From assembly GCA_021432655.1 (NCBI GenBank), contig MU271606.1, positions 1-40,082 on the forward strand: a DNA stretch of 40,082 nt. Reading direction: 5' to 3'. The position numbers and the translations under genes were made by a program. The notes under the pieces are model-generated. The model worked only from the letters and a program-made list of their open reading frames with translations. It was not told where the DNA came from and searched no databases. Origin of the DNA: Atractiella rhizophila (Eukaryota). Below, piece after piece: positions 38,820 to 40,082 of this stretch; position 1 is the stretch's first letter; each line of letters opens with the position of its first letter.

Positions 38820-40082
38820 TCTCATCTCGACAAAGACACTCGCAGAATTCAGAGTTTTCACAGTTTTTTTTTTGCATATCCTGAGGTCTTTGGTCGGGAA
38901 TCCTTCATCAAATCCATCGAATCGAAGGGTTCAGGGTTACTCTAGCTCACCGAAGTAGTTGGTCACGTAATTATCTTGTTCCCAACTCAGCAGCAGAAGC
39001 GTCAAATTGGTGATCACAAGCTGCGACGCAATCTCGTCTTCAACATCTCTTGTCGTTTCAGTGCCACGATGTTCGTTTGATTTGAAGGAGTTGCGATGCA
39101 TTTTAACCGTTTGTTATAGAGCACAGGGTCAAAGAAATGCAAAAAGCTTCTCGTTCGAACAGATTTTACCCAGGTATTGTCTGAACCTCCTCGCGATTGG
39201 GCACTTTCGCTGGTACTGGATGTGGATCACGGTTCTACCGAAATCTTCTAAACGAGTACATATCCATGGGCAATGGGTTAACCTGGTTAAGATTGGTCAA
39301 AGTACCGTCTTCTGGCTCTTTTCGCAATCAGCATTCGTTCAGCTAAACAATTGCATCAGTTCGGAAAGCTCGCGTGTCGCATCAAGCTTTCGAGTAGCCA
39401 CATAGGAAGGCGACCTAAGCTACCTGCTGAAGGCCTTCCGTTATCATTTTGGCTTAGTTCATCATATCAACTCTGCGCATCGTGAGCTGAACCAAGCCTG
39501 CTTCCTCAACGTCTTTTCTCTCTGCTGTGCGGCATTGTTCGAACCCATCAAATTTTCAGTGACCAAAACCAATACTGAGAGTGGGTTATCACCCTAGGGC
39601 TAGTCCAGATGGCCGACTTACCATCCTACCTTCAGCCTCTTGAAAATCAGAGCGAAATTCCAACGCTTCAAGAATACGTCTTAGTCGCAACGGTTCGGGA
39701 AGCCTAACATATGTTACGAGTATGGACAGAGGAAAAACTCACCTGCCTACTAGCAGAGCAAGAAATGCGTGGGAATTTTGTGAAGGTCAATATTGAGGCG
39801 TTCCTTGACTTCTTAGTTCTTACCACCACGACGTTCACAGGGAAGATCGGTCTGGAACTCAGCGAAAAGGCATCTCAGTGGACAAATGTGTTTTCTTGAT
39901 GCTGTCATTCGCCTTTCGTGTTATGCTCTCGCGGTTTACTACAAACATCATCCCTTTTACTGGTGTACCATGGTTACCAGGAAGATCTTGAGCTGACACT
40001 CCACAAATAGCCTTGACTGGATCACTTCATGTACTGCACGGTTAGCTAACAGCATTCATTAAAGTTACTATTTCATACCTTT
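38820..40082 (-). other. Possible spliced gene or gene remnant of unknown function running off the window end
   Basis: Several minus-strand donor/acceptor pairs about 40-55 nt apart (for example gtgagt near 39740, gtagga near 39630, gtgagc near 38950) flank short open segments. I could not build a continuous frame. Confidence 0.25.

Overview
Gene-dense, intron-rich fungal DNA. The GT-AG introns are mostly about 45-70 nt with CTRAC-like branch points, in a basidiomycete style; the lineage is an inference. Reading across introns by hand supports about 15 protein-coding genes: a secreted alpha/beta-hydrolase (partial), quinolinate phosphoribosyltransferase (BNA6), two tandem Tctex-1 genes, a Zn2Cys6 transcription factor, a PP2C phosphatase, a DHA1-type MFS transporter with an internal 1.84-kb duplication and an 8-bp frameshifting duplication, 5-aminolevulinate synthase (HEM1), a DUF4140/DUF4139 protein, a bestrophin/UPF0187 channel, an intronless F-box-like protein, an AA11 LPMO, a mitochondrial rhomboid-like protein, a CLPTM1-family protein and a velvet-domain protein. 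Two weaker gene candidates are also listed. The standout observation is in the intact DUF4139 protein. It carries an in-frame histone-tail-like cassette: an H3K9-like ARKS..GG motif joined to a near-exact copy of histone H4 residues 4-23, with K5 and K8 replaced by R and K12/K16/K20 retained. A strongly acidic insert follows it. All gene models are manual and were not checked against databases.
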